Made by a program: the position numbers and the translations under genes. A stretch of 64,000 bases of DNA from an uncultured Candidatus Saccharibacteria bacterium (GTDB taxonomy: Bacteria > Patescibacteriota > Minisyncoccia > Phycocordibacterales > UBA9973): contig CAZKJE010000002.1 of the NCBI GenBank assembly GCA_964553015.1, positions 14,175 through 78,174 on the forward strand. The letters are read 5' to 3'. Below, in pieces: positions 29,230 through 39,546 of this stretch; position 1 is the first letter of the stretch, and each line of letters begins with the position of its first letter. The notes under the pieces were generated by a model. The model saw only the letters and a program-made list of their open reading frames with translations. It was not told where the DNA came from and searched no databases.

Positions 29230-30350
29230 AGTCTGCAAAAAATTTAAAAGGAAAAACAATACTCCTGCGGGTAGATTTTAATGTGCCGGTTAAGGATGGC
29301 AGAGTTCAGGATGACTTCAGAATCGCTAGAGCGCTCCCCACCATAAAATTTTTGCAGAAAAAAGGAGCGAAAATAATTTTAATCACCCACTTGGGCAGAG
29401 GCGGGGATACGCTTCTGCCCGTTCATAAAGTTTTAAATAAATATCTAAAAACAAAATTTATTCCCAAAATTCTTGGGCCGGAAGTTTCGGCTGCAATTTC
29501 AGGCATGAAAAATGGAGATGTGATTTTACTTGAAAATTTACGCAATAACACAGGCGAAAAAGAGTGCAGTAAAATTTTCGCTCTTGAGTTGTCAGAACTA
29601 GCTGAAATGTATGTGAATGAAGCTTTTCCCGTTTCCCACAGAGGAGACGCTTCAATTGTTCTATTGCCCAAAATATTACCTGCGTATGCAGGACTCCAGC
29701 TTGAAGAAGAAGTAAAAAATCTGTCTCACGCCTTGAAAAAGCCCAAGCATCCGTTTTTGTTTATCTTGGGCGGCGCAAAATTTTCAACTAAAATGCCGTT
29801 AATCAAAAAATACCTAAAACTTGCTGACCATGTTTTTATCGGCGGAGCTTTGGCAAATGACTTTTTGAAAGCTAAAGGCTATGAAATAGGGCAGTCTCTG
29901 GTAAGCGACACAAGTTTTGAAATTGCAGAAATTTTAAAAAGTAAACTTGCCCGCCATGGCGGAAAATTAATAATACCCTCCGATTTTTTGGTAAAATCCG
30001 GCGACAAGCTGATTAATAAAAAAGCTGATCAGGTAAAAAGCGATGAAATTATTTTAGATATTGGAAAAGAAACGATAGAAAATCTTGCCCCCCTGATTAA
30101 AAAGTCAAAACTTATTTTATGGAACGGACCACTGGGCAAATATGAAGATGGCGGCGCACAAGGCACAAAAGAAATACTAAAAATCACTGCAGCATCAAAA
30201 GCTGAGACAATCATAGGCGGAGGAGACACGGTCGCTTTAATTTCTGAAATGAAATTAGAAAAAAAGTTTTCCTTTGTTTCTACAGGGGGAGGCGCTACGC
30301 TGGATTTTCTTGCAAACGGAACCTTGCCGGGAATCAAAGCGCTTCTATAA
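29208..30350 (+). CDS. pgk: Phosphoglycerate kinase
   Basis: RVDFNVP N-terminal motif; 380 aa two-domain PGK. Confidence 0.9.
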   Translation: MRNIKSLKSAKNLKGKTILLRVDFNVPVKDGRVQDDFRIARALPTIKFLQKKGAKIILITHLGRGGDTLLPVHKVLNKYLKTKFIPKILGPEVSAAISGMKNGDVILLENLRNNTGEKECSKIFALELSELAEMYVNEAFPVSHRGDASIVLLPKILPAYAGLQLEEEVKNLSHALKKPKHPFLFILGGAKFSTKMPLIKKYLKLADHVFIGGALANDFLKAKGYEIGQSLVSDTSFEIAEILKSKLARHGGKLIIPSDFLVKSGDKLINKKADQVKSDEIILDIGKETIENLAPLIKKSKLILWNGPLGKYEDGGAQGTKEILKITAASKAETIIGGGDTVALISEMKLEKKFSFVSTGGGATLDFLANGTLPGIKALL

Positions 30351-30693
30351 TCTTCTGTGCGTTTCCTGCTAAATCTTTTTCGTCGCCGACGGTTTCCGGC
30401 CAGACCCAGATATGCGCATGATGTATTTCTTCGCCGTATACTTGCGAGCGGACTATGTCCGCATTAAAAGCTTTCTTTTGCGCGAGCGCAATTTTTCTGG
30501 CAACTTCGAAATATTCTCCTATGTTTGGCACTTCCCATACCCAGCGGAAATGTTTCTTTGGAATGATCTGCACGTGCCCCGGAGCTATAGGCCGTATATC
30601 TAGAAAGGCTAAAAAATTGCTGTCTTCATATATCTTTGTAGCAGGTATCTCACCTTTTACAATTTTGCAGAAAATACAATTTTGTTCATTCAT
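30334..30693 (-). CDS. HIT-family hydrolase
   Basis: CIFCKI zinc motif and histidine-triad HHAHIWV. Confidence 0.85.
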   Translation of the reverse strand: MNEQNCIFCKIVKGEIPATKIYEDSNFLAFLDIRPIAPGHVQIIPKKHFRWVWEVPNIGEYFEVARKIALAQKKAFNADIVRSQVYGEEIHHAHIWVWPETVGDEKDLAGNAQKIIEAL

Positions 30694-30729
30694 AAGAATA
30701 TTATATCAAATTATGCTAGAATTTCACCT

Positions 30730-32388
30730 ATGCATCAGTATGGCGAGCTGCTAAGGAGTCTTTTAGAGAAAAGGGGAATTTCTGATCTGGAAAAAGCGGA
30801 TATTTTCCTGAACCCCAGCTATGAACGCGATTTGCATGACCCTTTTTTAATGCGCGACATGGAGCGTGCCTGTGTTCGACTGCTTGAAGCCATTGAAAAA
30901 AAAGAGAAAATAGTGATATATGCAGACTACGACTGCGATGGCATACCGGGGGCTGTAATATTAAACGACCTGTTTAAATTACTGAATTATAAAAACTATG
31001 AAGTATATATACCACAGAGAAATTCTGAAGGCTATGGACTAAACATCGAAGCCATAGATAAGTTTAGAGATTCTGGCATCAAACTTATAATAACTATAGA
31101 CTTGGGGATCACGGCAGTAGAAGAAGTTGCTAAAGCAAAAACTTACGGCATTGATACGATAATAACCGATCACCATATTCCTCATGCGGTTCTGCCGGAG
31201 GCGTTTGCAATTCTAAATCCAAAAGTAGATGATTATCCGGAAAAAATGCTCTGTGGGGCGGGGGTAGCTTTTAAGTTTGCGCAGGGAATGATAAAGATGG
31301 CAAATGGTGATTTTGCCTTTAAAATAAAGCCCGGCGCCGAAAAATGGATGCTAGATATGGCAGGGCTCGCCACTCTTTCCGATATGGTGCCGTTAACGGG
31401 GGAGAACAGAGCTATTGCATATTTCGGAATGAAAGTTATGAAAAAATCTCCGCGCCCGGGTCTGCAAAAACTGCTTGCAAAAATGAATATTGATCAGCGA
31501 TATTTGTCTGAAGACGATATCGGTTTTATGGTTACCCCGAGATTAAACGCGGCCTCGCGCATGGATGATCCGATGCGGGCGTACGAACTTCTTTCCACTG
31601 ATGATGAGGTAGAAGCCGGAAGACTTGCTAGCCATCTGTCAAAAATAAACGACGACAGAAAAAGTTTGGTAAAAGGAATCATGCGGGAAGTTAATAAACA
31701 CTTTGAGGAGAGAAAGGAGACGGATGTGATAGTGATCGGGAATCCGGGGTGGCGCGTGGGCATACTCGGGCTTGTGGCCGGTAAAATATGCGACGAATAC
31801 GAAAAACCGGTTTTCGTGTGGGGGAAAGATGAAAATGACTGCATAAAAGGCTCCTGCCGAAGCGATGGATCGGTATCTGTGGTGGAGCTTATGACCGAAG
31901 CCAAAGATTCGTTCGTAGATTTTGGAGGACACGAGCTTGCCGGAGGATTTACAGTACGGAATGAAAAGATCCATTTTCTGGAAGAAGCATTGTCTGTATC
32001 TTTTCAAAAAGTAAAAAGGGCAGTAGCGGAAAATAAAGCTCTGCATGATGTTAAAACGGAATTAGGCGCGGTCAATATAAAAAACTGGAGAGATATAGAA
32101 AAAATGTCGCCCTTCGGACTCGCTAATCATAAGCCGGTTTTTCTATTTGAGAAAGCAAAAATTGAAAAAATAAAAAAATTCGGCAAAAATGGTTCCGGTG
32201 AGCATTTGGAAATAGTTTTTTCAGACGAAAGCAGCAAAAAAGCCACAGCCGTTTCTTTCTTTTCTGGGATTGATTCATTTGGCAAGCTATTGGAGGAAGC
32301 AAAAAATGTAAATGTTCTGGCGACTTTTGATCTGTCTAGGTTTAGAGGCAGAGAGGAGCTTCGTTTGAGAATTGTTGATATAATATAG
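30730..32388 (+). CDS. recJ: Single-stranded-DNA-specific exonuclease RecJ
   Basis: DHH motifs (ADYDCDGI, ITDHH), DHHA1 domain, C-terminal OB fold; an extended -10 TGCTAGAAT lies just upstream. Confidence 0.85.
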   Translation: MHQYGELLRSLLEKRGISDLEKADIFLNPSYERDLHDPFLMRDMERACVRLLEAIEKKEKIVIYADYDCDGIPGAVILNDLFKLLNYKNYEVYIPQRNSEGYGLNIEAIDKFRDSGIKLIITIDLGITAVEEVAKAKTYGIDTIITDHHIPHAVLPEAFAILNPKVDDYPEKMLCGAGVAFKFAQGMIKMANGDFAFKIKPGAEKWMLDMAGLATLSDMVPLTGENRAIAYFGMKVMKKSPRPGLQKLLAKMNIDQRYLSEDDIGFMVTPRLNAASRMDDPMRAYELLSTDDEVEAGRLASHLSKINDDRKSLVKGIMREVNKHFEERKETDVIVIGNPGWRVGILGLVAGKICDEYEKPVFVWGKDENDCIKGSCRSDGSVSVVELMTEAKDSFVDFGGHELAGGFTVRNEKIHFLEEALSVSFQKVKRAVAENKALHDVKTELGAVNIKNWRDIEKMSPFGLANHKPVFLFEKAKIEKIKKFGKNGSGEHLEIVFSDESSKKATAVSFFSGIDSFGKLLEEAKNVNVLATFDLSRFRGREELRLRIVDII

Positions 32389-32390
32389 AA

Positions 32391-32882
32391 GTGACAGAGA
32401 AAACTATTAAAATTTATACTGACGGTTCAGCCAGAGGAAATCCGGGAAAAGCAGGCTGGGGAGCTGTTTTTCTTTTAGGCGATAAAGTTTTTGAAATGGG
32501 CGGGCGGTCCGATCACGCGACAAATAATCAGATGGAGCTCACTGCGCCAATAGAAGCGCTTAAATATTTAAAAAAATCCCCTAGGCAAGGTCTAGGGGAA
32601 AAAATTACACAGGGGAGTTCTGTGCAAATCGTGTCTGACTCAAAGTATGTTATTTTAGGTATTACCGAGTGGATCTTAAACTGGCAGAAAAATAATTGGC
32701 GAAATGCCGCAAAAAAGCCTGTTATGAATCGAGAACTTTGGGAAGAGCTGTACAAGCTTACGGAAGAATTAAAAACAACATGGGAATATGTAAAAGGCCA
32801 CAACGGCGACAAATATAATGACCGAGCAGATGAAATAGCGACAAGCTTTGCAGACAATGAGCCAGTGGAGTTGAAAAAATAA
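32391..32882 (+). CDS. rnhA: Ribonuclease HI (GTG start)
   Basis: YTDGS, MELTA and HNGD catalytic motifs. Confidence 0.85.
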   Translation: MTEKTIKIYTDGSARGNPGKAGWGAVFLLGDKVFEMGGRSDHATNNQMELTAPIEALKYLKKSPRQGLGEKITQGSSVQIVSDSKYVILGITEWILNWQKNNWRNAAKKPVMNRELWEELYKLTEELKTTWEYVKGHNGDKYNDRADEIATSFADNEPVELKK

Positions 32883-32890
32883 ATATTTCA

Positions 32891-34456
32891 ATGCAAGATA
32901 AAATTTTTCATACGGTTTGTTTTGGATTTTTATTCGGAGTGCTGTTGCGCTCCTTCTTTTTTATAAGTATATATTTTTCGCTATTAGCCGGAATTATAAC
33001 GCTCGCTTTAATTTTATTTTTTACTCTTATATCCTTCGGCCATAGCCCTACCCTCGGGCGTAGTCCTACGGGCGAGCCGGGTGAGGCAAAAAGCAAATGG
33101 GGAGTTCTGATATCTGTTTTTATTTTTGCCTTTAGTTTTGGAGTTTTTAGATTTGGTCTTGCAGATGTGCCAAATCCTGTCGCCTTTGAATCTCAAGTAG
33201 GCGAAAAAATAACTCTCTCTGGGGAAATTGTAGATGAGTCCAGTATTAGAGAAAATAATCAGCAATTGATTATCGAAACAGAAAAAGAAGCGAGTATAGA
33301 TAGTAAGACAGGAATTTTATTATCAGTAAGTTTGAGTGAGAGTTATAAATACGGTGATAAGATAAATTTTACAGGAACTCTGAAAAAACCGGAAAATTTT
33401 ATCACGGATACCGGCAAAGAGTTTGATTATATAAATTATCTGCGCAAGGACGGCATTTTATACGTCATGAGTTATCCCAAAGTTGAAATTATTTCGCGCG
33501 GCAATGGTAATTTAATAAAAAAATATTTATTTCTCATAAAAGAAAAATTTCTAAATAAAGTGAATTTAGTTATAGCAAGTCCGGAAAATTTATTAATGGG
33601 TGGATTGATCTTGGGGGAGAAATCATCTTTTAGCAAAGATCTCCGGCAGGATTTCGTAGACACCGGCACGATACACATCGTCGCTCTGTCTGGCTACAAT
33701 ATCACCATAGTCGCTGAATGGTTTATGAAACTTTTCGCTCAACTGCCATACCTGTCTAAAAATTTTGGCATAGGCATGGGTGTTTTTGCTATTATATTAT
33801 TTATTTTGATGACGGGCGGAAGTTCGACGGCAGTCCGCGCCGGCATTATGGCAACTCTCGCTCTCGTGGCTAGGGCGACGGGAAGAAATTATGATGTGGC
33901 GCGGGCATTAATTCTTGCCGGAGTCGGCATGATACTTATTAATCCATTTATTTTAGCCTTTGATGTTTCTTTCGAACTTTCTTTTATCGCAACCGTTGCC
34001 GTGATATTCCTAGCGCCAAGAATAGAAAAATATTTTCTATGGGTCACCGAAAGTTTTGGCCTGCGGGACATAGTGTCTGTAACTTGTGCTGCATACATTT
34101 TTGTCTTCCCTTTTATTCTATACAAAATGGGCAATTTATCTCTCGTAGCTCTGCCGGCAAACATTTTAATACTTCCCTTTATTCCGTTTACTATGATGCT
34201 TGGATTTCTGACTGGTATCGCCGGTCTTGTTTTGCCGATATTGTCCCTGCCCATTGGCTATATATCTTATCTTTTTTTACATTATGAGCTATGGGTTATT
34301 AAATTTTTTGCAAATTTGCCGTTTGCGTCATTTTCTTTTCCGAATTTCCCGCTTTTCCTCACTTTGCTAATTTATGCCTATTTTGTCTACTATCTTTTCG
34401 GCAGAAATATAAAAGATTTTTTTAATATGGATAAAGACGAAATAGAAATATTGTAA
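32891..34456 (+). CDS. comEC: ComEC/Rec2 competence channel protein (DUF4131 + competence domain; no MBL domain)
   Basis: Polytopic; TGTIHIVALSGYNI competence-domain core. Confidence 0.75.
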   Translation: MQDKIFHTVCFGFLFGVLLRSFFFISIYFSLLAGIITLALILFFTLISFGHSPTLGRSPTGEPGEAKSKWGVLISVFIFAFSFGVFRFGLADVPNPVAFESQVGEKITLSGEIVDESSIRENNQQLIIETEKEASIDSKTGILLSVSLSESYKYGDKINFTGTLKKPENFITDTGKEFDYINYLRKDGILYVMSYPKVEIISRGNGNLIKKYLFLIKEKFLNKVNLVIASPENLLMGGLILGEKSSFSKDLRQDFVDTGTIHIVALSGYNITIVAEWFMKLFAQLPYLSKNFGIGMGVFAIILFILMTGGSSTAVRAGIMATLALVARATGRNYDVARALILAGVGMILINPFILAFDVSFELSFIATVAVIFLAPRIEKYFLWVTESFGLRDIVSVTCAAYIFVFPFILYKMGNLSLVALPANILILPFIPFTMMLGFLTGIAGLVLPILSLPIGYISYLFLHYELWVIKFFANLPFASFSFPNFPLFLTLLIYAYFVYYLFGRNIKDFFNMDKDEIEIL

Positions 34457-34457
34457 T

Positions 34458-35327
34458 ATGCCAAAAAATTCTAAAAACTACAACTTGCTGATCCTGACTA
34501 TTTTCCTCGTAGTAATAAATATTTTTCTCGCACATGCTGACTGGCAGAATTCGCACAGGGTTCTGACTTTTGCTATGCTTGATGTGGGGCAGGGGGATGC
34601 GCTTTTTATAGAATCACCAACGGGTACGCAAATTCTTTTTGACGCCGGATCTGTGCGGAAAATTTTAGGACCGCTTAAGCGCCTGATGTCTCCCATTGAT
34701 AAAACAATAGATGCTATCGTGATAACAAATCCAGATGCGGATCATATCGGCGGATTTTCTGATATTATAAAAAATTATAAAGTAGGGGCTGTCTTGGAGC
34801 CGGGGACGCTGAACGATTCAAAAACTTTTCAAAATTTAAAAGAAGAAATAGACAGGCAAAAAATTCCGAATATATTAGCAATGCGAGGCATGAGAATTGA
34901 TATGAGCGGGGGAGTAATGATAGAAATTTTATTTCCGGATCGCGAAGTGAGAGAATGGAGCACAAACGACGGCTCAATAGTCGCGCGCCTTACTTACGGC
35001 AATACTTCTATTATGCTTACCGGAGACTCTACTACAAAAACAGAAGAAATAATTCTAAAGAAAAATAATATTTCAGAGCTTAAAAGCGCGGTATTAAAAG
35101 TGGGGCATCATGGCTCGCGCACCTCTACTTCATCTTCATTTGCCGAAGCGGTTTTGCCCGCGTATGCTCTTATATCAGACGGCGTAGACAATAAATATGG
35201 TCATCCGCATAAGGAAACTCTGGACACATTAACGAAGGTTGGCGCAAAAATCTTGCGCACTGATTTGCTTGGCACGATAATCATGAAATCAGATGGTAAA
35301 AATGAGACCTTTTCATTCCACAAGTAA
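34458..35327 (+). CDS. Metallo-beta-lactamase domain protein (ComEC C-terminal-domain-like, encoded separately)
   Basis: N-terminal TM helix; DVGQGDA...HHGSRTS motifs of the ComEC MBL nuclease domain. Confidence 0.7.
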   Translation: MPKNSKNYNLLILTIFLVVINIFLAHADWQNSHRVLTFAMLDVGQGDALFIESPTGTQILFDAGSVRKILGPLKRLMSPIDKTIDAIVITNPDADHIGGFSDIIKNYKVGAVLEPGTLNDSKTFQNLKEEIDRQKIPNILAMRGMRIDMSGGVMIEILFPDREVREWSTNDGSIVARLTYGNTSIMLTGDSTTKTEEIILKKNNISELKSAVLKVGHHGSRTSTSSSFAEAVLPAYALISDGVDNKYGHPHKETLDTLTKVGAKILRTDLLGTIIMKSDGKNETFSFHK

Positions 35328-35346
35328 CTTGTGATAGTATATAAAG

Positions 35347-36591
35347 ATGAAAGATAAAAAAATAGAAATGCTAATTAAAGGGGAGGAAAAAAGGCAACGG
35401 GAAGGGCTGGAGTTGATACCTTCAGAAAACTATGTTTCAGAAGACGTGCTTAAGGCGAATGGGTCAGTTTTTACAAACAAATATTCAGAAGGCTATCCGG
35501 GCAGGCGGTATTATGGTGGGCAGGATTTTACCGATCAGGTGGAAAGGCTAGCTATAGAAAGGATTTGCAAGCTTTTTAAATGTAAATTTGCGAATGTGCA
35601 GCCTCATTCCGGCGCGCCGGCAAACTTGGCAGTATACGCTGCGCTTCTGGAACCGGGCGATACCGTCCTAGGCATGGATCTCTCTCACGGCGGACACCTG
35701 ACCCACGGCCACCCGATGACTCTGCCGGCAAAGATATATAAATTCGTCACCTATAAAATGAAAAATCCGGATACCGGAGAAATTGATTACGAAGATATGC
35801 GAAAAGTGGCGCTTGCGACCAAACCGAAATTAATTATCGCCGGATTTTCTGCATATCCAAGAACTCTGGACTACAAAAAATTCGTGGATATTGCGCATGA
35901 AGTAGGGGCGATAACCATGGCCGACATGGCGCACATCGCCGGACTCATTGCTGCAGGCGTACTTCGTAATCCTTTTGATGATGGTTTTGATATTATTACT
36001 TCCACGACACACAAAACTCTCCGTGGTCCGCGCGGAGGAATAATTCTTACCCGCGAGAGCGAAGAAATAGCAAAGAAAATAGATAAATCAATTTTCCCCG
36101 GTATTCAGGGCGGCCCGCACATGCACACAATCGCGGCCAAAGCTGTCGCCTTTGGAGAAGCTATGACTCCAAAATATAAAACATATGCCAAGCAGATTCT
36201 GAAAAATGCGAAAGCCATGGCAGAAATTTTCAAGAAAAATAAAGTTCGCATGATCGGCGGCGGCACGGATAATCACCTAATTTTGGCAGATGTGTTTGGC
36301 TCGCTCGGAGTAACCGGCAAAGAAGCGCAGACTGTGCTGGACGAAGTAGGCATTACTTTGAACATGAATTCCATTGCGGGGGATACCAGAAAACCGCTTG
36401 ATCCTTCCGGTATCAGGTTTGGAACTCCGGCTATAACAACCAGAGGATTTAAAGAAAAAGAATGCAAAAAAGTTGCAGAAATGATGATCACAGTGCTAAA
36501 AAATAAAGACGATAAAAAGATAAAAGAATCAATCCACCAAGAAATCAAAAAACTTGCCAAAAAGTTTCCGATCCCAAAGAAGTTTGTATAA
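35347..36591 (+). CDS. glyA: Serine hydroxymethyltransferase
   Basis: LIPSENY, PLP-binding TTHKTLRGPRGG. Confidence 0.95.
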   Translation: MKDKKIEMLIKGEEKRQREGLELIPSENYVSEDVLKANGSVFTNKYSEGYPGRRYYGGQDFTDQVERLAIERICKLFKCKFANVQPHSGAPANLAVYAALLEPGDTVLGMDLSHGGHLTHGHPMTLPAKIYKFVTYKMKNPDTGEIDYEDMRKVALATKPKLIIAGFSAYPRTLDYKKFVDIAHEVGAITMADMAHIAGLIAAGVLRNPFDDGFDIITSTTHKTLRGPRGGIILTRESEEIAKKIDKSIFPGIQGGPHMHTIAAKAVAFGEAMTPKYKTYAKQILKNAKAMAEIFKKNKVRMIGGGTDNHLILADVFGSLGVTGKEAQTVLDEVGITLNMNSIAGDTRKPLDPSGIRFGTPAITTRGFKEKECKKVAEMMITVLKNKDDKKIKESIHQEIKKLAKKFPIPKKFV

Positions 36592-36595
36592 AATT

Positions 36596-37003
36596 ATGGA
36601 ATTACAAGTCGGAGTGAAAATTTTATTGAAGAATAAAGACGGCAAGTATCTCACAGTTTGTCGTAGTGCAGAGAAATACCCCGATGCTGGCCGGCAATGG
36701 GAAATTCCCGGCGGACGCATAAATCCGGGCGTATCTTTAATGGAAAATTTAAGGAGGGAAGTACTTGAAGAAACTGGACTTGAAATTACAGATGAACCAA
36801 AGTTGGTAGCTGCGCAAGATATCCCAAGACCACAGAGAAACAGACACATTGTTCGCTTGACCTATTTAGGCTTTGCAAACGGGGAAGTGAAATTGAGCGA
36901 CGAGCATACAGAGTACAAATGGCTGAGCCTAGAAGAAATTTCTAAACTGGATCCAATAGATTTATATTTCAAAGAAGTTTTAGCACATTTTGATCTAGAT
37001 TAA
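36596..37003 (+). CDS. NUDIX hydrolase
   Basis: Nudix box GGRINPGVSLMENLRREVLEETGL. Confidence 0.75.
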   Translation: MELQVGVKILLKNKDGKYLTVCRSAEKYPDAGRQWEIPGGRINPGVSLMENLRREVLEETGLEITDEPKLVAAQDIPRPQRNRHIVRLTYLGFANGEVKLSDEHTEYKWLSLEEISKLDPIDLYFKEVLAHFDLD

Positions 37004-37006
37004 TTT

Positions 37007-37564
37007 ATGATTGAAGTTGAAAAACAATTTCAGCCAACAGAAGAACAACTTAGGGTTCTAATTGAAAATGCGAAGTTTGTGAATGAAGTTATAAATCATG
37101 ATGTTTATTATGACTATCCAGATTACAGGCTTTTTAAAAAAGATATAAGATTGCGCATTAGAAATGGAACTTTCGAATTAAAGATTGGAAAATCTTCAGG
37201 GGTAAGTCAAGAATTAGAAATAAAAGAGGAAATAGCGAAATATTTTAACGTTAATTCTCTGGAAGAATTTATAAAAAATAACCTTATTGTAATAATAGAT
37301 TTTAATAATAAAAGAAAAAAGTACAAAAAAGAAAATTTTAATATTGATATAGATGAAACAAGTTTTGGATATAAACTTTGCGAAATTGAGCTTATGGTTG
37401 AGACAGAAGATAAAGTAAAAGAGGCCGAAGGTAGAATAATTGATTTAGCAAAAAAATATAATTTTGAGATTAAAAGAATACCATCTAAGCGCTCTGAATA
37501 TTTTCGTTTAGTTAAACCAGAAGTGTACAAGCAACTGTATGGAGAAAGAAACCTAGACTCGTAA
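37007..37564 (+). CDS. CYTH-domain protein (triphosphate tunnel metalloenzyme)
   Basis: N-terminal IEVEKQF (ExExK) motif. Confidence 0.55.
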   Translation: MIEVEKQFQPTEEQLRVLIENAKFVNEVINHDVYYDYPDYRLFKKDIRLRIRNGTFELKIGKSSGVSQELEIKEEIAKYFNVNSLEEFIKNNLIVIIDFNNKRKKYKKENFNIDIDETSFGYKLCEIELMVETEDKVKEAEGRIIDLAKKYNFEIKRIPSKRSEYFRLVKPEVYKQLYGERNLDS

Positions 37565-37608
37565 CAAAAAATCCCCGTTACTGGGATTTTATTATGTATT
37601 CATAACTT

Positions 37609-37950
37609 TTAGAAACTAATGCCAGGAGTGGTGTTGGTAGTCCAAAAGAAAACTGGGAAAAATAGAAAGATAATTATTGACAGTACTAAAAGTAATATAT
37701 AAGTATTTCTTAAAATACCAGGATTGTCTTTTCTGTAAAGTTTCTTAACTGATAAAAAAGTTCCAATCATTCCAAATAATAGAGATGAAGGTAAACATAT
37801 GAATAATAGATAAGCTGCTTCATCTATATATTCCATACTTTTTGGGAGAAGAATTAAAGTAACAGAACCACCAAAAATAATAATTTCTAAAATAAATAAA
37901 AGAGTTAATGACGAAATACTATCTTTTGTTTGAGGTGGTGTTGATTCCAT
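37609..37950 (-). CDS. Membrane protein, hypothetical
   Basis: 113 aa with 3 predicted TM helices. Confidence 0.35.
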   Translation of the reverse strand: MESTPPQTKDSISSLTLLFILEIIIFGGSVTLILLPKSMEYIDEAAYLLFICLPSSLLFGMIGTFLSVKKLYRKDNPGILRNTYILLLVLSIIIFLFFPVFFWTTNTTPGISF

Positions 37951-37978
37951 TAATTTATTTGCAATTCATTACGATTTT

Positions 37979-38323
37979 TTATCTTACAGTTTCCAGAATT
38001 CTTTTGAAAGTTGCGGGATGATGTTCTGCAAAGTCGGCCATAATCTTTCTATCAAGCATTATATTTTTCTTTTTGAGGGCATCAATAAGTTTGGAATAAG
38101 TCATGCCGAGCTCTCTACTTCCAGCATTTATTTTTATATTCCAAAGCTTTCTGTTGTGAGATTTTTTATCCTTTCTATGCGCGAAAGAGTAATTTCCTGC
38201 GTGCAGAAGCGCATCTTTTGCCTGGCGCTCTTTCTTGCTTCTGCCGTGGCGCATTCCCTTTGTCTGCTTCAATACGCTTCTCCTTCTCTTTAACGCATGT
38301 ACCCCCTTTTTTACTCTGGTCAT
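37979..38323 (-). CDS. rplT: 50S ribosomal protein L20
   Basis: MTRVKKG...RRR basic N-terminus; infC-rpmI-rplT operon order. Confidence 0.9.
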   Translation of the reverse strand: MTRVKKGVHALKRRRSVLKQTKGMRHGRSKKERQAKDALLHAGNYSFAHRKDKKSHNRKLWNIKINAGSRELGMTYSKLIDALKKKNIMLDRKIMADFAEHHPATFKRILETVR

Positions 38324-38365
38324 AAAATCAATTACGAATTATAGATTATTAATTACAAATTTAAA

Positions 38366-38560
38366 TTAACTGAAAGGCAGCAAGTAACTCTTTGGCTTGT
38401 TTTTGATCACGAAGTTTACTCCCTTTCGCCCTGCAAGCTGTGAATTTCGCGACTGTTTTGCATTAAAATGGTTAAAGCCAGCCTTGCGAGAAAGAACCTT
38501 GCCGTTTTTGGTAAGCTTTAATCTTTTGCTGTATGACTTGTTTGTCTTCATTCCTTTCAT
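38366..38560 (-). CDS. rpmI: 50S ribosomal protein L35
   Basis: 64 aa basic protein MKGMKTNKSYSKRLK. Confidence 0.85.
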   Translation of the reverse strand: MKGMKTNKSYSKRLKLTKNGKVLSRKAGFNHFNAKQSRNSQLAGRKGVNFVIKNKPKSYLLPFS

Positions 38561-38566
38561 AAAATT

Positions 38567-39070
38567 TTATTTTTTCTCTATTGTTATGGTTAAACCCTTC
38601 GGACCCTTTTTATAACTGTCTGAAACTTTGTAATCTTCGGTAATTAAATGCAATACTCTATCTAAGCGCTCCCTTAAAAATTTTTCATCCATATACTTCG
38701 CGCGTCCCGCGAGGAAAAGTTCTACTTTGATCCTATGGCCTTCCTTGATCCACCTGGATGCCGTTTTGGCTTTTAGTTCGAGGTCGTGATCTCCGGTGCC
38801 TATTTTTATCTGAATGGATTTCGTCTCGGTCTTGTTTGCTCCGGCTTTGGCCTTTTTTAATTTCTTTGCGGCTTCGTACTGATATTTGCCAAAATCCATT
38901 ATCTTGGCAACCGGCGGATTGCCGGTAGGACCAATCTCAATTAAGTCTAAACCCTTACTTTGCGCTAATTCCAAAGCATCTCTTATGCTTAAAACACCTA
39001 AATTTTTATTTTCACTATCCAGAACCCGAAGTTCCTTGGCCCGTATTTGGTTGTTTATTCGTTCGCGCAA
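38567..39070 (-). CDS. infC: Translation initiation factor IF-3 (non-ATG start; TTG at 39070 or the in-frame ATA)
   Basis: IF3 N- and C-domains (RVLDSENKNLGVL...DLIEI...). Confidence 0.85.
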   Translation of the reverse strand: MRERINNQIRAKELRVLDSENKNLGVLSIRDALELAQSKGLDLIEIGPTGNPPVAKIMDFGKYQYEAAKKLKKAKAGANKTETKSIQIKIGTGDHDLELKAKTASRWIKEGHRIKVELFLAGRAKYMDEKFLRERLDRVLHLITEDYKVSDSYKKGPKGLTITIEKK

Positions 39071-39145
39071 TTGATATTAGTAGCAAAATAGACTTATGAA
39101 ACTACAAGAAGGATAATAGCGTAACTAAACCATAAAGTCAATTTG

Positions 39146-39535
39146 TGGAGATGGGGGAAATTGAATCCCCGTGCAGAAGGTTTTTGCAAAGAAGTCTACA
39201 TGCGTAGCGCGCTTTTTGTTTTAAATTAAAAAATTATGAAACGCGCCAAATATTTTTTAACCGAGTTCTTTTGTTTTGCGAGAGCGTCAGAACAGGCGTT
39301 CAAGCTATCCCGATAATGTTATGCCTCGTCTTATATATCGGAAGTCTATAAGAGAGACACCACCTCAGGCTTACGCGAAAGATGGAGCGAAAGCGAGCGC
39401 ATTACCGAAGTAAGGCGAACGCATTGCTGTGAAAGCTGATTTTGCAATTAGCTGTTGAACGAATTTTTACGAGATTACGTTCATTCTCGGCATGCATCAA
39501 TAACAAATGGCCAACTGTCTATGCCTTGCATCCCC
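39146..39535 (-). ncRNA. ssrA: tmRNA (SsrA)
   Basis: 5' GGGGAUG pairs with 3' CAUCUCC (G3-U70 Ala identity wobble) plus discriminator A. T-arm GGGGA-UUCAAUU-UCCCC. An in-frame GCA at nt 91 opens a tag frame ending ...NALAFAPSFA-UAA. Lies immediately downstream of smpB. Confidence 0.7.
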
Positions 39536-39546
39536 ATATTTACTTT

